Source: Rhizaria sp. SCN 62-66
Taxonomy: Eukaryota
Assembly: GCA_001724265.1 (NCBI GenBank)
Contig: MEDY01000157.1
Span: forward strand, 1 to 64,000
Length of the DNA stretch: 64,000 bases
Reading direction: 5' to 3'
The position numbers and the translations under genes are program-made. This document shows positions 13,201 to 27,000 of this stretch, in pieces. The notes under the pieces are model-generated. The model searched no databases and was not told where the DNA came from. It saw nothing but the letters and a program-made list of their open reading frames with translations. Positions within the stretch are counted from its first letter, which is position 1, and each line of letters starts with the position of its first letter.

Positions 13201-14957
13201 AGGACACGAACTTCTACGACGACGTGATGACGAACCCCGAGCTCGTGAACCCGGGCTGCTACCGCGGCGTGTGCGCCGAGCTGGACATCAAGCACTTGGC
13301 ACTCAACGCCGTGCTCATGCACTCGCAGGTCGAGGAGGCCGAGGGCGGCGCCGGGCTGAGCTCCGCCGCGGTGCTCGCCAGCCAGTTCGGGCCCTCGCTC
13401 GCCGGCTCCAACGCGGCGCTGCACTCGTTCAAGGTGCTGCGCGCGCTCATGGGCTCGCTGATGCAGAGCTTCACCACGGTGCACGACGAAGACACGGAGC
13501 GGCTAATCCTGCACATGTACCGTTGGCTGCACTCGACCTCGGCGCTGATGCACGACCCGCTGCTGCACCTGTTCGTGCACAAGGTGATGAAGAAGACCTT
13601 CACGCAGCTCGTCACCACGTTCAAGTCGCTGCACTGCTCGATCGTGTACGCGTCCTTCTCGCGCCTCATCGTCGCCACCAACAAGCCCTCGCTGGCGCGC
13701 GGCACGGCCTTCCTGGCCTACGTCATGGACAACGTGTCCAAGAGGTCAACCTTCAGCATGCTCACCGTCACCCCGGCGGGGCTCTGGGAGTCGCTGCTGT
13801 TCGCTGACGCGTGCAACTACAGCGGGCTCCGCGCCGTCGACCCCGACGCCAGCGCGCCCGCCAACGGCGACGGCAACGGCGAGGGGGACGGCAGCGCGGC
13901 GCTCACGGTCCCGGAGCCGGAGTTCGTGTCCAACTGGAACATCGGCGAGTACCTGCCGACCACCGCGCGCCACGCTCTGCTCAACATCGTTTACGACTTC
14001 CTCGTGCTGCCGTACCGCTACATGCGCGAGGCCGAGGCCACCAACACCTTCACCACGGGCCAGGAGCGCGATGACCACCAGTCTGACTTCGTGCGCAACC
14101 TCGTCAGCAAGGAAATCCAGCGCTCGCTGCTCGCGCTGACCACGGAGGTGCGCGCGCGCCACAACAGCACGCAGCTGCAGTCGCTCGCTGCCGCGCTCGT
14201 CGCCGCCGCGGGCCGCCGCGCGGAGGCCCGGCGCACGCGCGGCGAGGCCGGCGCGGCTGACAGCGGCGACCCGGCGGCCCTGACCGCGCTCGCCACGGCC
14301 GAGTCGGGGGTCGGGGTCCGGTTCAACGCGCGTCGGTTCGACAAGGACATCGCCGAGTCGCTCTGCTCGACCGACTTCCCCATCTTGCCGGGCTCGCACC
14401 TGTCGCTGACGAATCCTGCGCTCGAGTTTGTCAAGACCGTGTGCTACATCCTTGATCTGGACCCCGCGGTGACGGACGCCGTGGCCGTCGTCAAGAGCAA
14501 CCTGCTGCTCAAGATCGACGTCAAGCCCTTCAGCGACGAGGCGCGCTTCCAAAACCCGTGCCTCACGCTGGTGCTGCCCGAGGTCACCTGCGAGCACTGC
14601 AACCTGAGCCAGGACTTGGACCTGTGCCGCGACCCCAGTCTGTTCATCTCGGCCGATGATCCGGCGTGGCGGTGTCACCAATGCGCGCAGCCGTATCACA
14701 AGCCCTCGGTGGAGCTGCGCCTCGTCGCGCTCGCGCAGCGCCGGCTGGTGCAGTACCAGGTGCAGGATCTCGTGTGCGTGCGGTGCCACGAGATGAAGGT
14801 GAGCAACATCAGCGGCTCATGCCAGTGTTCAGGCGTCTATCAGAACACCAAGTCGCCCGCGACGCAGAGGCAGCAGCTCTTTACGCTGCTGAATATTGCT
14901 AGGTTCCACCAATTCGACCATCTGCGGGAGCTTGTTGAATGGGCGCTCATGATGTAA
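7241..14957 (+). CDS. POLE: DNA polymerase epsilon catalytic subunit, ~2430 aa, 4 exons
   Basis: Exons 7241-9169, 9332-9715, 9841-13005, 13143-14957. Exonuclease AFDIET and YNGDFFD; polymerase YHLDVAAMYPN, KCILNSFYGY, ELDTDG; Fe-S cysteines CAAC..C..C; C-terminal CysA/CysB motifs. Stop TAA. Confidence 0.98.
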
Positions 14958-15089
14958 GACGGTTTAATTATCACGTTTTTGTTTATTAGAGGTATTTTGT
15001 AGTTTTAATTGTGATACAAGTAGTTATGTGATAAATAAAGCTATTGTATTGTTCTCTTCTAAATAATGTAGACTCGTAAACGTATGTTT

Positions 15090-18000
15090 TCACACCATCG
15101 CTTCAAAATTGAATGCTTCGACAAGTTGGCGTCGAGATGACACATACACCCGCTGAAGCCGTTGCTGCTGTTGACTCTGCTGGGAGTGACAACGTGGTTG
15201 CGCTAAATGAGAACTGAGCACACCGGGGGCAAAGTACTCTTGTTCACGGTCATTGTGATGCGATATAGTTGGACTAGTTGGTTTTGGGAGCAGGACGATA
15301 AGCTCACCATCATTTTCACTAATCTCACACTGGCCATCGCTCGCACAATCCCTGCGCTCACGGCTGGCGGCACTCAAACCGCCGCTATTGATAATGCTGT
15401 GCGTCTCACCATCGCTCACGGTCATGAGCTTCATTTCCCATCGAGTGGAGCCATCAGCAGCGGTGACAGGTACGAGTACACGCTTACGCTGTTGTGACAC
15501 CAAATGCAGTTGCTGTTGATGTAGTTGTTGAGATTCAACTGGATTGTCTTGCTCTTGATCTTGGAGACACATTGTTGGTTCGCTATGACTTGGCTGCAAT
15601 CGCTTGGACTGTTTTGTAGGTTGATGATGCTGAACACCTGCGTCGGAACCATCGTCAAGAGGCTTCTGAGTCACAGCCACAGCGACCACACCACGGCAGC
15701 GCTCACAGCCATCAAAATCTCTCATATATGCCAGATCGCGTCGGTTCTCTTCACACACATGGGTAAGTGCAAGTGTAACAACATGTGTGAAGCCATAGGC
15801 ATCAATCGCATACAGCACGGCACGGCTTTCGTGATCACAATCTTGCGCGTTTAGGCACGTTCCAATGGTTGCTTGTGGAAACAGTCCGCCGGCAAAGGCG
15901 CGCTCGGCGTTGTGCTCGTTACATGCAAGCTTGATGCAAGAAATACCACCATCAATGTCTCGCGTTTTGTGTTCGTGAATCCGAACGAGGCTACGCCCAC
16001 AACATGCGGAGAGGCAGTGACACTCGCCTTCCCAAGATGTCAAGACAACAACGGAGACTTTCGCGGATGCATACTTGATACCCGTGGCCGCGGCGGTGGT
16101 AAAACTAACAACGCAGGGCTGCGACAAAGCAGTACTTTGTGGCAATGGTAGCTCGCAGTGCCAGTGCACCTCACCACTCGCAGCGCCCACAGCAGTCGCA
16201 GTATTGTCACCAACAAGAACAATGACACCGCGATCAATGTCAAAGTCCGGGCCATTGTCGTTGTTTCCGTCACTGTTCGGCAGGGCAACAAACAGTGGCG
16301 CATGCGTTGCCGGAAATGAAATCGGAAGCAGAGTCGCAAATCGTGTTTTCACAGTCACCACATTGTCAAAACGGTTCGAGATAATGTTGTCCTTCGTGTC
16401 AAAGTTGGTAGTATTTGCGTTGGTCTTGTTGTAATCCAAACACAAACAGTACCCTTCGCACGCAATCACAAGACGACGCGCGTCACCGCTACGCACATTA
16501 TCGCTGGTGCTCCCGCAATCGATATCGTGATTGCTGCGTGTGACAGAGACGGGCAAGACCAGAGGCGGGGCGCGGCATCGCACCAAGTCCACATCACTAA
16601 AGCTGTTCACAGTTGACTCACTGCCAAAGTGCTCAGACATGTACGAAGGCGTGTGCACACTCCACAGTCTCCGCACGTTCCATTGTGCACGACTACTTGC
16701 GCAATCGCTCACACGCCCATATTCAGAAGCCGCAGTCGCTTCAATTCGGGAAATTGCAATTGTGCCGTTGCTGCTCGCACAACAAACATCCCAAGCCCCA
16801 CTTAAGGTCCCGCGGATGAAGGTGTTCGAGCATGAGTCAACGCTTGTTGTTGGGACACTGGCGGAAGTGATTGTGACTGGGCCGATAATGTAGGTGTCAT
16901 CGTCTGAGTGCGGACTTAGACCAGCAAATGGTTCCCAAGAAAGAAGAGTGTGGCCGCAGCAAATGCAGAGAAGCTCAGTGGTTGTGTTGCCGCAGACGTA
17001 CACAATACCAACACCAACTGAGGCGATCCCGCTCGCGCTGCCGTTGCAGTGGAGCACCGAGCCCGGTGTATCGAGTCGAGGGGCTCCGGCAAACACGCGG
17101 CGCCACAGCACGCGGCCAGCCTCATTGTGACGATCAGTCGTATCACGCATATCGTCAGCAATCGCAACAACGTCGCCCGCGTGAGAACCTGCGAGCACAA
17201 CCACGGTCGGCGCAAAGGGCCCGTTGTTGTGTGACAGCGCTGGCAGCAGCGCAGTTGTGACAGTGGGGGCAGCGTCGCCGCATCCAGCAATCGGAACTGC
17301 CCACAGGCGCTTGAGGGATACCTGTGCACTCAAGCGGTGCACGTGCTGCTCAGGCTTGTTAAGGCTCCACGTGGGCGCATTATGAGTGACACGCATACCA
17401 GCATTGTCGGTAGTCGTATCAGGCAGCGTGTTTGTCTCAAGCTGCATCATTGATGCTATCAACTTCACAAGCGCACCCATTGTCTCAGCTTGCAACACAT
17501 CGCAAGCCCGCACTCGGTTAGCCGAAAGTCCATGCTCACCATGAGTCACCATTGCGTTGATCACGTGAAGTACGTCAGTAAGTCGGAGTGCAATGAGAGT
17601 CGCTTCCATCGACCCGCCGCCGAGGGCGGCTAGACTTGAGGACAACCAGTCCGACGGCAACTCACTTGAGTGTGCAGTAGACTGAGATGCTTGTCGCTGT
17701 GGAACTGGTAACGAAAGCGTTTGAATGAGCACCGACTCTATTTGCCACATAATTTTGGCAATGGGACTCTCAGAATCCGGAGGTGCAACCACGTTCTGAG
17801 CGTTGTGGACTAGCTGTGTGAGCGCACGCGCATCGCCACCAACACGCTCTGCCGTCGATTGTGGTCGCGTTAAGGACTGAAGCTCGCTCGATGCAGACGT
17901 GAGTATGTTTGCCGAAATACGCGTAAGCACTCCGCGGTCAGTCTTACCACTCGCGAGCATTGGTGTTGAGAGCACAAATGACTGCGAAGCAGCGCGAACA

Positions 18001-21000
18001 GCCGTCGGCTCCGTCGTCGCAACAACAGAGGTAGGAAGTACCAACCACACAACACCAGCAGTCGGAATGACACAAATCTCAGCGCCACCTTGGCTACAGT
18101 GGTTTTCGCTGTTGTTGTCTATGGCACCGTCAAGTAGCAACGTTGATGACGCCAGTAGAGAGCATGAAGACACGCGCCGCACTTCCGCAAGCGTTGCTGC
18201 AACTACTGAGCAAGCATCAGAAACAGTGACTGTGTGATAACCGCATCCGGTCACAGCAACCACAATAACCTTAGCGTTGTTATCGCCCCGACTTAAAACA
18301 GTAACCACCGTAGCTTGAAGCGACCGGTTGCAATTGCCATCTTCGGAGAGCTGATAAGCCGCAGCGTCTAAAAAACCCTGGGCATGCGCTTGCAGCGCAT
18401 CCAGGTCGATCCATTCCCCGCTGCGCTTGATCCTGCGGTCAGCGCGTCCGATGTGAGTCAGCGTGACGATCGGCGCCGCGTCGACGCTTCCGCCAGTTTC
18501 GTTGTTTGCAAGGGAGAGTCGTAGTCTGACGACATCTCGCGTGTAAACGCAACGCACTGTGCCCACGCTGATTGGGGATGTGTTGTTTGTTGCTGCCAGT
18601 GGTTGTGCAGTAGAGAGTTTAGTGACTACAAGCATTTTTGCATACGCAAACACCGTTCCGCGCTTATGTTCATTGATATTGCTCGCGACTGTGCGCAGGT
18701 ACCCCGCGTTAACACCAGGACCAGCAACTGCCAGTTCGCCAGTGACAACGAGTTCATCCAGCATGGTGATATTCTTGCTATCTTTTGCCGCATTTGTTAA
18801 GCACGTGGTCACGAGTGCTAGAGGCAGCAATAAAACCAAGCTGTCGCGATCACCACCGCTATTGTCGACGTCTTTGTCTGCTTCCAAGAAGCCCGACCTG
18901 AGCCGTGAAAGCACCGTGTCCACGCTGCCAATACCTGTGTTCATGTGATCACTAGATAGCGCGTATTGCGTCAGCCCTCGCAACAGGCACTCACCACACG
19001 TGCACTTGTACCCGGACGATACGATACCGTCTTCGATCAACTTCTAGCAGTTGCGAGGATGACTGTCCCACACAACGCACCTCGTCGGCGGAATCGGCAG
19101 CATGAAGAACAACTCAGCGTGGGGCAAGCCCAGTCCGATCGGCGCCCACAGTTCTCCACTCGACCGGGCAAGCTCAGCGCGCCCAGTGCAAGCGCTTGTG
19201 ACTGTGAGCGGGGTAACTGTAAGCAATTCTGTCGGTAACGTATGATCGTCAGCAAATGCCGTAAAGTTTTGTTCATCGCTGTGCGACGCTGAACAGGAAG
19301 CGTTATTGTTTCGAGTCCATGTGGCATCTGCCCCCGTTTCACACGAGCCGTAGACATTGACGATACGTACATCGCCAGAAACGCATTTGCAGCCATTTGA
19401 GAGCTGCGCAACCGAGCTCTTGGACCCATGTGCTAAGTGGCGCGAGTCAGCGCCATTCAACGTGTTAGAAAAGGCAGTGATTCGCTGTGCTGAGATGATA
19501 GTGAGGGGCTCTCCAGACACCACGATCTCTCGAAGTACAATGCATTTGTGTTGACAGCAACTCCTGCTAGCGTTCTTAGTATCGCTGCTGTTGCCGATAT
19601 GGTTGCCACCGTAATATAGCGCTTTTGCGACGCCAAGTGCAAGCGAGGTCGGCACACACAGTCGAGTCACCCCCCACTGCTTCACCGCTGCTGCAGCGAC
19701 AGTTGGCACTGCGAAGGGCCAGGGAGGCATACACACGACTATAGGTAGAGGGCTATCAATGCTGAGGTTTGTGTTATCAGTGGGTGTAACTGTAGCAGCT
19801 TTTCTAATACAACACTCGCAAACGCCGCCGCTGTATGGCTGCAACGCTTGCGCCAGCGAGTCCACGAACGACAATGCTGCAGTCCACGTGCTTACCACAG
19901 GGGCCAATGTAGCGCTTGAACTGATGTCTTTGACCACGATATGATCACATGCCGTACACGGATATTCGAGAGCGGCAGTGCTGCGAGAAAGGCGCGCATA
20001 TAGAGACTGAGATGTGACCTTGACCAGCCTTGGCACTAGCGGCGCAGCCGCGTACGTGTGGGAATCTGCATTTTGCTGCGATAGAGAGCCTGATGTGGGC
20101 ATCAGGGCAGCAACATCAACACCACGAGTCTTAATTTTCATATCTTCCGTCTTTGCCCTAACAGAGCCCTCATTCGCACTCACCAGCAGTGTGTTTTCGC
20201 CGTTGCGCACCTGTTGCAAGCACCTGCCTAGTGTCCTTGAGCGACTTGCAAGCGTCTGCAGTTGGTTTGAGAGTGATTTGTGGTTCGCGGATGTAAACGG
20301 AGAATATAAACTAGGAGAAATGCAATTAACGTACGGAGCAAGTGACACTACACGCAGGCGCAGAGTCACCAGCTGTAGCTGCCGTTCATCGTCAGAAGCA
20401 ACAATGTCTGATGTTGTCGTCGTTGTCGTCGCTGCCTCCTCGGAATGGCAGATTGGAGCTGGCACACACACCGTAAACGTAACAAACGAGCTGCTACTCA
20501 GCGCCAAGGCCTCGGCACGCGCCACTGTGTCCTCCTCCTCTTGATCATTCTCTTCAGATCCGGAACTGGAGATGTTGCCTGAGCTGGAGGGGGAGCTGGA
20601 TGGGGCCGCTGCGACTGACAAGTGCCGCGGCAAGAGCGCAGCAAACGCGGCTGGGCTCGGCAACATCGTGAACACGATTGCGCTGAGAGGGCAAAGGGGC
20701 AACGCAGAGTCAGCGGTTGAGTTTGTTGCGGACGTTTCTGTTAATGACGCAGGTTTTGCTGTCACCGGGACCGTGGCCAGTGCAACGCCTGTGAGAGCAG
20801 ATAGCAGCTTGTCGCTTGCTAACTCCGCCGCAGCAGCATCTGCAGTCGTAGCTGTCGCGCAGGCCAAGCCATTGTCCGCGCCAGCGCCACTGTTGGCGCG
20901 AGCGCTCGCGTTGTAGCTAGTGTTCGTTGTGCTTGTGGTGTCGCACGCAGCCGCGCAGGCTTCGTGTTGCCACGGCAGTGGCGTATACACGCACAGCGGG

Positions 21001-21482
21001 CTCTAAGCACCCCCATCTGCGCCACCGTGCGCTGCATCTGCGACGCTGGGTGTCGTTGTTGCGACCGTGGTGACCGTGAGCAGCGCGATCAGCGCAGCGG
21101 CGGCGGGGCCCGACGGGTAGGCGTGGAGAGCGGCCACCGTGCGCGGCGTACCCACTGCCTCAGTAAACCCCGCTTTACCATCAGTCACGGTCGTGTCTTT
21201 AATATAGGTGTAAGCAGCTTCGTTTGTCGCGGTGCTAATTGGGGGTGACAGGAGCGAACACGGGGCGGGGTGCTGTTCTGCGGGTTGCGAGACTGCATGT
21301 AGAGCTAGACGACTGATAGATGAAGCCATGGCAGCTGTGTGCGCAAACGAGTAAACGCGCGCAGTAGAACAGTCAACACTGCCAGCGCTTATGGCAGTGA
21401 AATTTAGTGATGGATCGATATATGCTGGTAGATGATTCGTTAGGAGTGCGCGTCGTCGCACTCGCTAACGCAGCCACTCCAT
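15090..21482 (-). CDS. AASDH: AASDH/ACSF4-like NRPS-type protein (adenylation + carrier + PQQ beta-propeller), ~2130 aa, with 3 in-frame TAG codons
   Basis: One frame from ATG 21482 to TGA 15090, broken only by TAG at 21465-21467, 21003-21005 and 19044-19046. A-domain motifs PTSGS, VVSGEPL, NVYGSCETG, PIG, GELAVAGPGVNAGYL, GRADRRIKRSG, SGKTDR; carrier motif LGGGSM; propeller start LWAVPIAGCGDAAP...LAGSHAG. No intron detected. Confidence 0.78.
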
Positions 21483-21804
21483 GACAAACTAAAGACCGCG
21501 CCTTGTACTACAAAAGCAAAGTTGAGGCGTATAATTAAGGGAAATAAATCAACAGCTCTAAGAAAATCTGGAGACACAAATGCGCATCTAGAGACGGATG
21601 TTTGATGAAGATATTGTTGTGAGATGATGCGATCGCAGCGAGCAAGAAGAGGAGCGACCACGACGCAGACGAAGGCAGGTTGTAACAAAAAATGACTATG
21701 TATCGGCGTGGTTTCAACCACAAAGGATCTAAAAACAGAATAATCCCAAAGAAAGACTAGTTATACATCAAATTACTGCGTTATGATTATTGAGAGTTCC
21801 GACT

Positions 21805-23649
21805 TCAAGCCACAGTCCCATCAGGAACAGTCCTGCTGCTCGAAATCGTTGGCATTGACCCAGAGCCAGAGCCAGAGCCAGAGCTCATGCCAGAGCCAGA
21901 GTTGGAGTTTGAGCTCGCGTTTGCGAGAGCAGCCGCGGTAGTGCCGACGCTGTCGCGCGACACGTCGCTCAAGTCCGCACTCGGGTTGCTGCCGCCACTA
22001 TTGCTGTTGCTGTTGCTGCTGAGCAAGTTGTGGCTGCTGTTGCTGCTGTTGCTGTTAGAGCTGCTAGTGCTGCTAAGAGCAGCCGATCTCGCCTTGCCGG
22101 TCCCCGTCGCAGTCCTGGTCACCGCTGCGGCCGCCGCAGCCGCCGCCGCGGCCACCGATGTGCTCTGGGCCTTGGCGATGGCCTCGGCGGCCGCCAGCAG
22201 CGCCGTGGCCGCGGCAGCAGCGGCCTCGGCAGCCTCGGCCGCGGCCGCAGTGCTCGCGGAAGCCGAGTCGGCGTCGGTACTGTCGCCACTGATGTAGTCG
22301 TCGCCGTTGGCAGCTGTGCCGACAGCGTCGTCATTGTTGTTCCCGGTCGCATTAAGGCTGGCGCTGTTTGCGGCGATAGCGGCGTCAGAGCCGCTCGCTG
22401 CGGTGGACACCGGGGCCGGGGCCGGGGTGGGGGCGGCGGACATGGCCAGGGGCGTCGCCAGCCCCGCCACAACCTCGCCGCCAAGGTCCGCATTCGCGTC
22501 AAAGTGATTATTCGCGTCAAAGTGACTGTGAGCACCGGCGCTACTGGACAGCGGGCTGCCAGGTTTCTAACTACTCGGGCTGCTGATCGGCGCGTGCAGA
22601 GAGTTAATCACGCTCTAGCTAGATGCAAGCGTCACAGCAACGGCGGTCATAGAACGGCCCGGTAATGTCCTGTTGCCATGAACCGCACTCGAGGTAGCGC
22701 CGTCGACAGCATTGACAGTGTTCGAGCCCGCGAGACCGTTGACAGTGTGTTGCGCGTTGTGTGCCGGCGGCGACAGGGGGGCGAGCAGCGGCGACGGCGT
22801 CGCAGCCGTCCCCGCCCCGGTCGCGGTCGCGGCCGCAGCGGCGGCGATGGAGGCGAGCCATTGTGGCGTCAACGACGGCGTCGCGTTCGCGGGCGTGGCA
22901 CCGGTCACTGGCGAGGGTCCAGTCACAGGCGTCGCCCCAGTAGCTCCCGTTGCGGGCGTCGCGGAGGCAAAGAGCTGTGGCGACGCCGCCGGCGTGCCAC
23001 CCCCGGCGCGTTTCACGAGCGTCTGCGCGTTTTGCAGAGACAGAGGCGACATGGCAGCCGAGGCAGCCGTTGATGCAGGAGCTGAGGAGGTCAAAGACAA
23101 GACGGAGGTTTGTAGCAGATGCGGACGAAGCGAGGCCGAGATGCGGCGACAAGAGGCGCCCTGGAGCTCGGCGACCTTGCCGAAGAGCGCGTACCGCACG
23201 CGCGCGAAGAGCTTGTAGCCCAAGTCGCGCGCAAATGGCGGGATCAGCACCAGGAGCGCGGCGGCGACGTAGGCGATCGGGGAGTCGAGCGACATGAGCG
23301 TTTGCAGCGCCGCCGTCGAGTGCAGCACAACGGCGCCGGCGTGGATGGCGATGATTGAGTCGGTGCCGTCGGGAATGGCGAAGCGCGACTGCAGGGCGAG
23401 CCCCTCCGGCGACGTGATGGCGGCGAAGACGAGGCGGCACTGGGGGTCGCGGTCCACACAAAAACCCAGAATGGAGTCGCAAACGACGCAGGACGCGTCA
23501 AAGAGAACAATCACCGGGTTCGCGGCAACGGTGGCGTTGAGTTTCTCGTTGTAGGCAACTTGAAACAAGGGACGGTAGCGCCGCACGACGTACAGGTAGC
23601 CCCAGGCGAGGCAACACGCAAGAACGGCCAATAGCAGTGACGCGAACAT
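21805..23649 (-). CDS. DCC-family (DUF393) thiol-disulfide oxidoreductase with N-terminal hydrophobic anchor and low-complexity tail, ~614 aa if 2 TAGs are read through
   Basis: VLFDASCVVCD (DxxCxxC) and RDLGYKLFARVRYALFGK. ORFs 22615-23649 and 21805-22470 are in the same frame, separated only by TAG 22615-22617 and 22567-22569. Ends TGA. The domain call is firm; the extension is less certain. Confidence 0.8.
22492..22527 (-). repeat. 18-bp tandem duplication (two HFDAN units) downstream of the two TAGs
   Basis: attcgcgtcaaagtgatt followed by attcgcgtcaaagtgact; the unit is six codons long. Confidence 0.8.
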
Positions 23650-24070
23650 CGATCACAAAACACAGTTACCGTGCGTCCTGCCTGCTGTAAAAGAGTTCAC
23701 TAGTTATTTACTACACAAAAAGAAGATAACACGTCTTTAAGTGCCGGTAGAACGAGTGTGAGGCAGGATAAGCGACGTTGACGACGATCCCCGACGATTC
23801 TCCGACCCGTCTGTGATCGAATGCAGTTCGTGTTTTCTAGCCTTCGTCATCGGTCGGTCGAGGGGTAGTCGGTTCAGAAAATCGCATCAAGTCCTTTTAC
23901 AACAACTTTAGCTAGTTTATTATTGCTACCAGCGTTTAATTTGCACATCATAGCAAAATCTCATTTTATTGAACTTTCTTCGTTCCCTTTCATTCAGCGA
24001 GTAACCTCGACTCCGTTTTCCGAGCCACCCCTTTCGTCACGGAGCGTTCTCATCGCCGGCCACAGCCGCC

Positions 24071-27000
24071 ATGGACACTTTTCCGCAGCATTTCCCGCCC
24101 CTGGGCGCTGATTGGGGCACAGACCCTTCTGGCCCGCGCGCTAATTTAACATACGGCGCTGCGAGCGCTGCTCTTGCCGCGGACGGCTCGCCCATACTCA
24201 CCGCGACGCCCCAGCAGGCTCCTACCGATGGCCTCGCTCCCGGCGGTCTAGACTTTGGGTTTTCTACTCACGGCAACGGCCTCGGCTGGTCTAACTTTGG
24301 TCCCGAGTTGCCTCCTACGATGCCATACAGTGCAACTCAACAACATTGCGGAGCAGGGACGGGCTATGGCGTTAGTTCCGCTTCCATTTCTGGCCCCACT
24401 GGTGTAAGTTCTTACGCCAACTCCAAACCCGGCCAGTCCGCTCACTCGGTCATGCCTTTCCCCGTCGCGGCCGCAACTGCCGCGCCTTCAGCGACCTCTG
24501 CTGCGCAGGACGCCGTGTCTCCACCGCAGTATTCCCGCGCCGGCTCCAACCTCTCACAAAACAGCAGCAACACTAACACGGCCGGCAGCCACGCCAATGT
24601 GACTGCTGCCGCTGCCGGCGCGGGCGCGAGCGCCTCGTTTGTCCCGCCGTCTCCTGACGCGGCTGTCGACCGCGTGCCGCTCGCTCACAACAGCAATACC
24701 CCCAGAAACACTGCCGCGGCCCACGCCGTGACTGCCGAGAGCCCTGTCGAGACTGTCCATGCTCCTGCGGCAGCGGCAGCGGCAGCGACTGCACCTGCGA
24801 CTGCCAACGCCGCCGTTGCTCATCACAACGACAGCGCCGCCGCTGCTGCCGCCGCGGCTCCGGTCTCGAAGCGCCCGCGCCGCGCGGCCGCGACGGGCGC
24901 CGCGGCCGCCGCCGCCTCCGCCGCGGTGGGCATCCGCGCCACCGCGAGCAGCAAGGCTAAGGAGAAGGCGCTGCAGGCCGAGCTGCACGCGATGCTGGCG
25001 CAGCAGACGGTGCAGTGCCACCAGGGCTTCTTCCAGCGCATGACGCACGACGTCGGCCAGTACGTCAACAACGGCAACAACGCCAGCGGCAACGGCAACG
25101 GCAGCAACACCAGCGGCAATAGTGCGACTGGTGGCAGCACCGCTGAGTACAACACGGCGACGACTGCAGACGGGAGCGTCAACGACGGCGGCCACGCTCA
25201 CGGCAACGCGGCTGCGTCTGCGGGCGCCGCTGCGACGCCCGTCATTGGCAGCAGCAGCCTGGCGAAGGGCCGTGGTCGCGGCGTCGCGGCCACCACCGCG
25301 GCTGCCACCGCCGCTGCCGCCAATGCCAACGCTGGCTCTGCTGCTGCTGCTGCGCCTGGGGCTGCGGCGGTCACTCCTGCTGGCCCGAACGCGAGCGCGA
25401 GCGGCAAGGGGGGCAAGGGCAGCTCCAGCGGCAGCGGCGTGAAGCGCACTCTCGCGCAGGCCAACAACGGCCACAACGCGGCCAATGGGACTGCGGGCAG
25501 CTGCAGCGGTGCGAATCACAGTCACCCCGCCGCGACGCATAGCCACGCCCACGCCGCGCTGGCGGCCGCCGCTGTTGCCGCCGCGGCGAACGCTACTGCC
25601 CACGGTCACGGTCACGGTCACATGAACGGCGGCAGTGGCGTGAACGCGACCAATGCTTACGGCTACTCAAGCGGCCACGCTGTCGCCAGCGGCAGCCAAA
25701 ACCCTGCGCTCGACTACGATGCGAACCCCGCGGAGGATGACCTGGTCATCTCGTGCTCGAGCAGCCCGCTGCCGTCGCTCTCGCACACGACCAGCGGCAC
25801 CGGAACCACTGGTGCCCACTGTCACTCGGCTGCCCACGGCCACTCGGCTCCCCACGGTCACCACGCTCACGGTCGCTTCATTGACTTCCACAGCCACAAC
25901 GGCAACAACGGACATGGATTCTTGCACCCACAGCAGCAACAGCAGCAGCAGCAGCAGCAGCAGTACCCGTCGTTTGTGACTGAAACCAACGACGCTCATT
26001 TCAAGCCCTTGGATATGTTCTACCGTCACGACAACGCCAACGTGTCCAACAACAGCAACAGCATTTTCCGCCACGACAGCAACAACTACAACAGCTATCA
26101 CATTAAGCAGCAGCAGCAGCAACAACCTCACCATGCTGCGGCTGCGTCTTCGTTCATCCTGCCGAAGATCGAGACAGACGCAGCCCCTTACACCGCCCCG
26201 GGCACTTACATGGACGACGGCAACGGCCCGGCGACGTACATGCGCCACAGCTCCGGCGCCGCTGCGGCCGACGTGAAGCCGGAGTCTGCCTCCAGCCCCA
26301 GCGTCGCCTCGAGCCTCAGCATTCCGGCCCTCCCTAATGCCACGCTCAGCGGCCTCAACGGCGGCGGCTCCGGCGCGATGCTGCTGCCCACCCCCGCTAC
26401 CGTCTCCCCGGCCCCCGCCCCCGCCCCTGTCCCTGTCCCTGTGTCTGTGCCTGCTGTTGCCGCTGTCCACGGTCACGCTGCGGCTCACGGTCACATCCCG
26501 TCGACGGCGGACTCCCTCTCCGCCTCAGCCTCAGTCTCTGGCGCCTCCATCTCCGGCGCTTCGTCGCCAAACACGCTCGCGAGCAGCCGCTCATCGGTCT
26601 CGAGCACGCTCCCGAGCACCAATACAACCGTCAGCGTTGGCCCGACGCATGGCGCAGCACACCACGCAATGAGTCTAAACAACAACAACGCCGCTGCTGC
26701 CGCAGCTGCTGCTGCGTCGGCGGCGTCGATGCCTTACTACCCGTCGTACATCTTCCCGAACATCAGCGTGAGCAACGGCAATCCCCCCCTGCCTGCCAGC
26801 GCCAGCGCTATTTCCAGCCACGGCCACAGCCAGAGCTACAACCACCCTGCAATGAGCCCGAACGGTGCCGCGGCCGCCTCTTCGGCGTCCTCCGCCTCCG
26901 CCTCGGCCGCCGCCGCCGCCGCGACCGCGGCCGTGTCGGTGGCGACGGTGACTGCAACTGGCACCACGCGCTGCCCGCGCCTCTCGGCGCTCGTCGCGTC

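Noticed and set aside
944-14789. Long antisense and alternate-frame ORFs (e.g. 944-2692, 2778-4169, 7346-8530, 9793-11100, 13746-14789)
   Set aside because: Shadow ORFs of GC3-rich real genes with no recognisable motifs; the same applies throughout the window.
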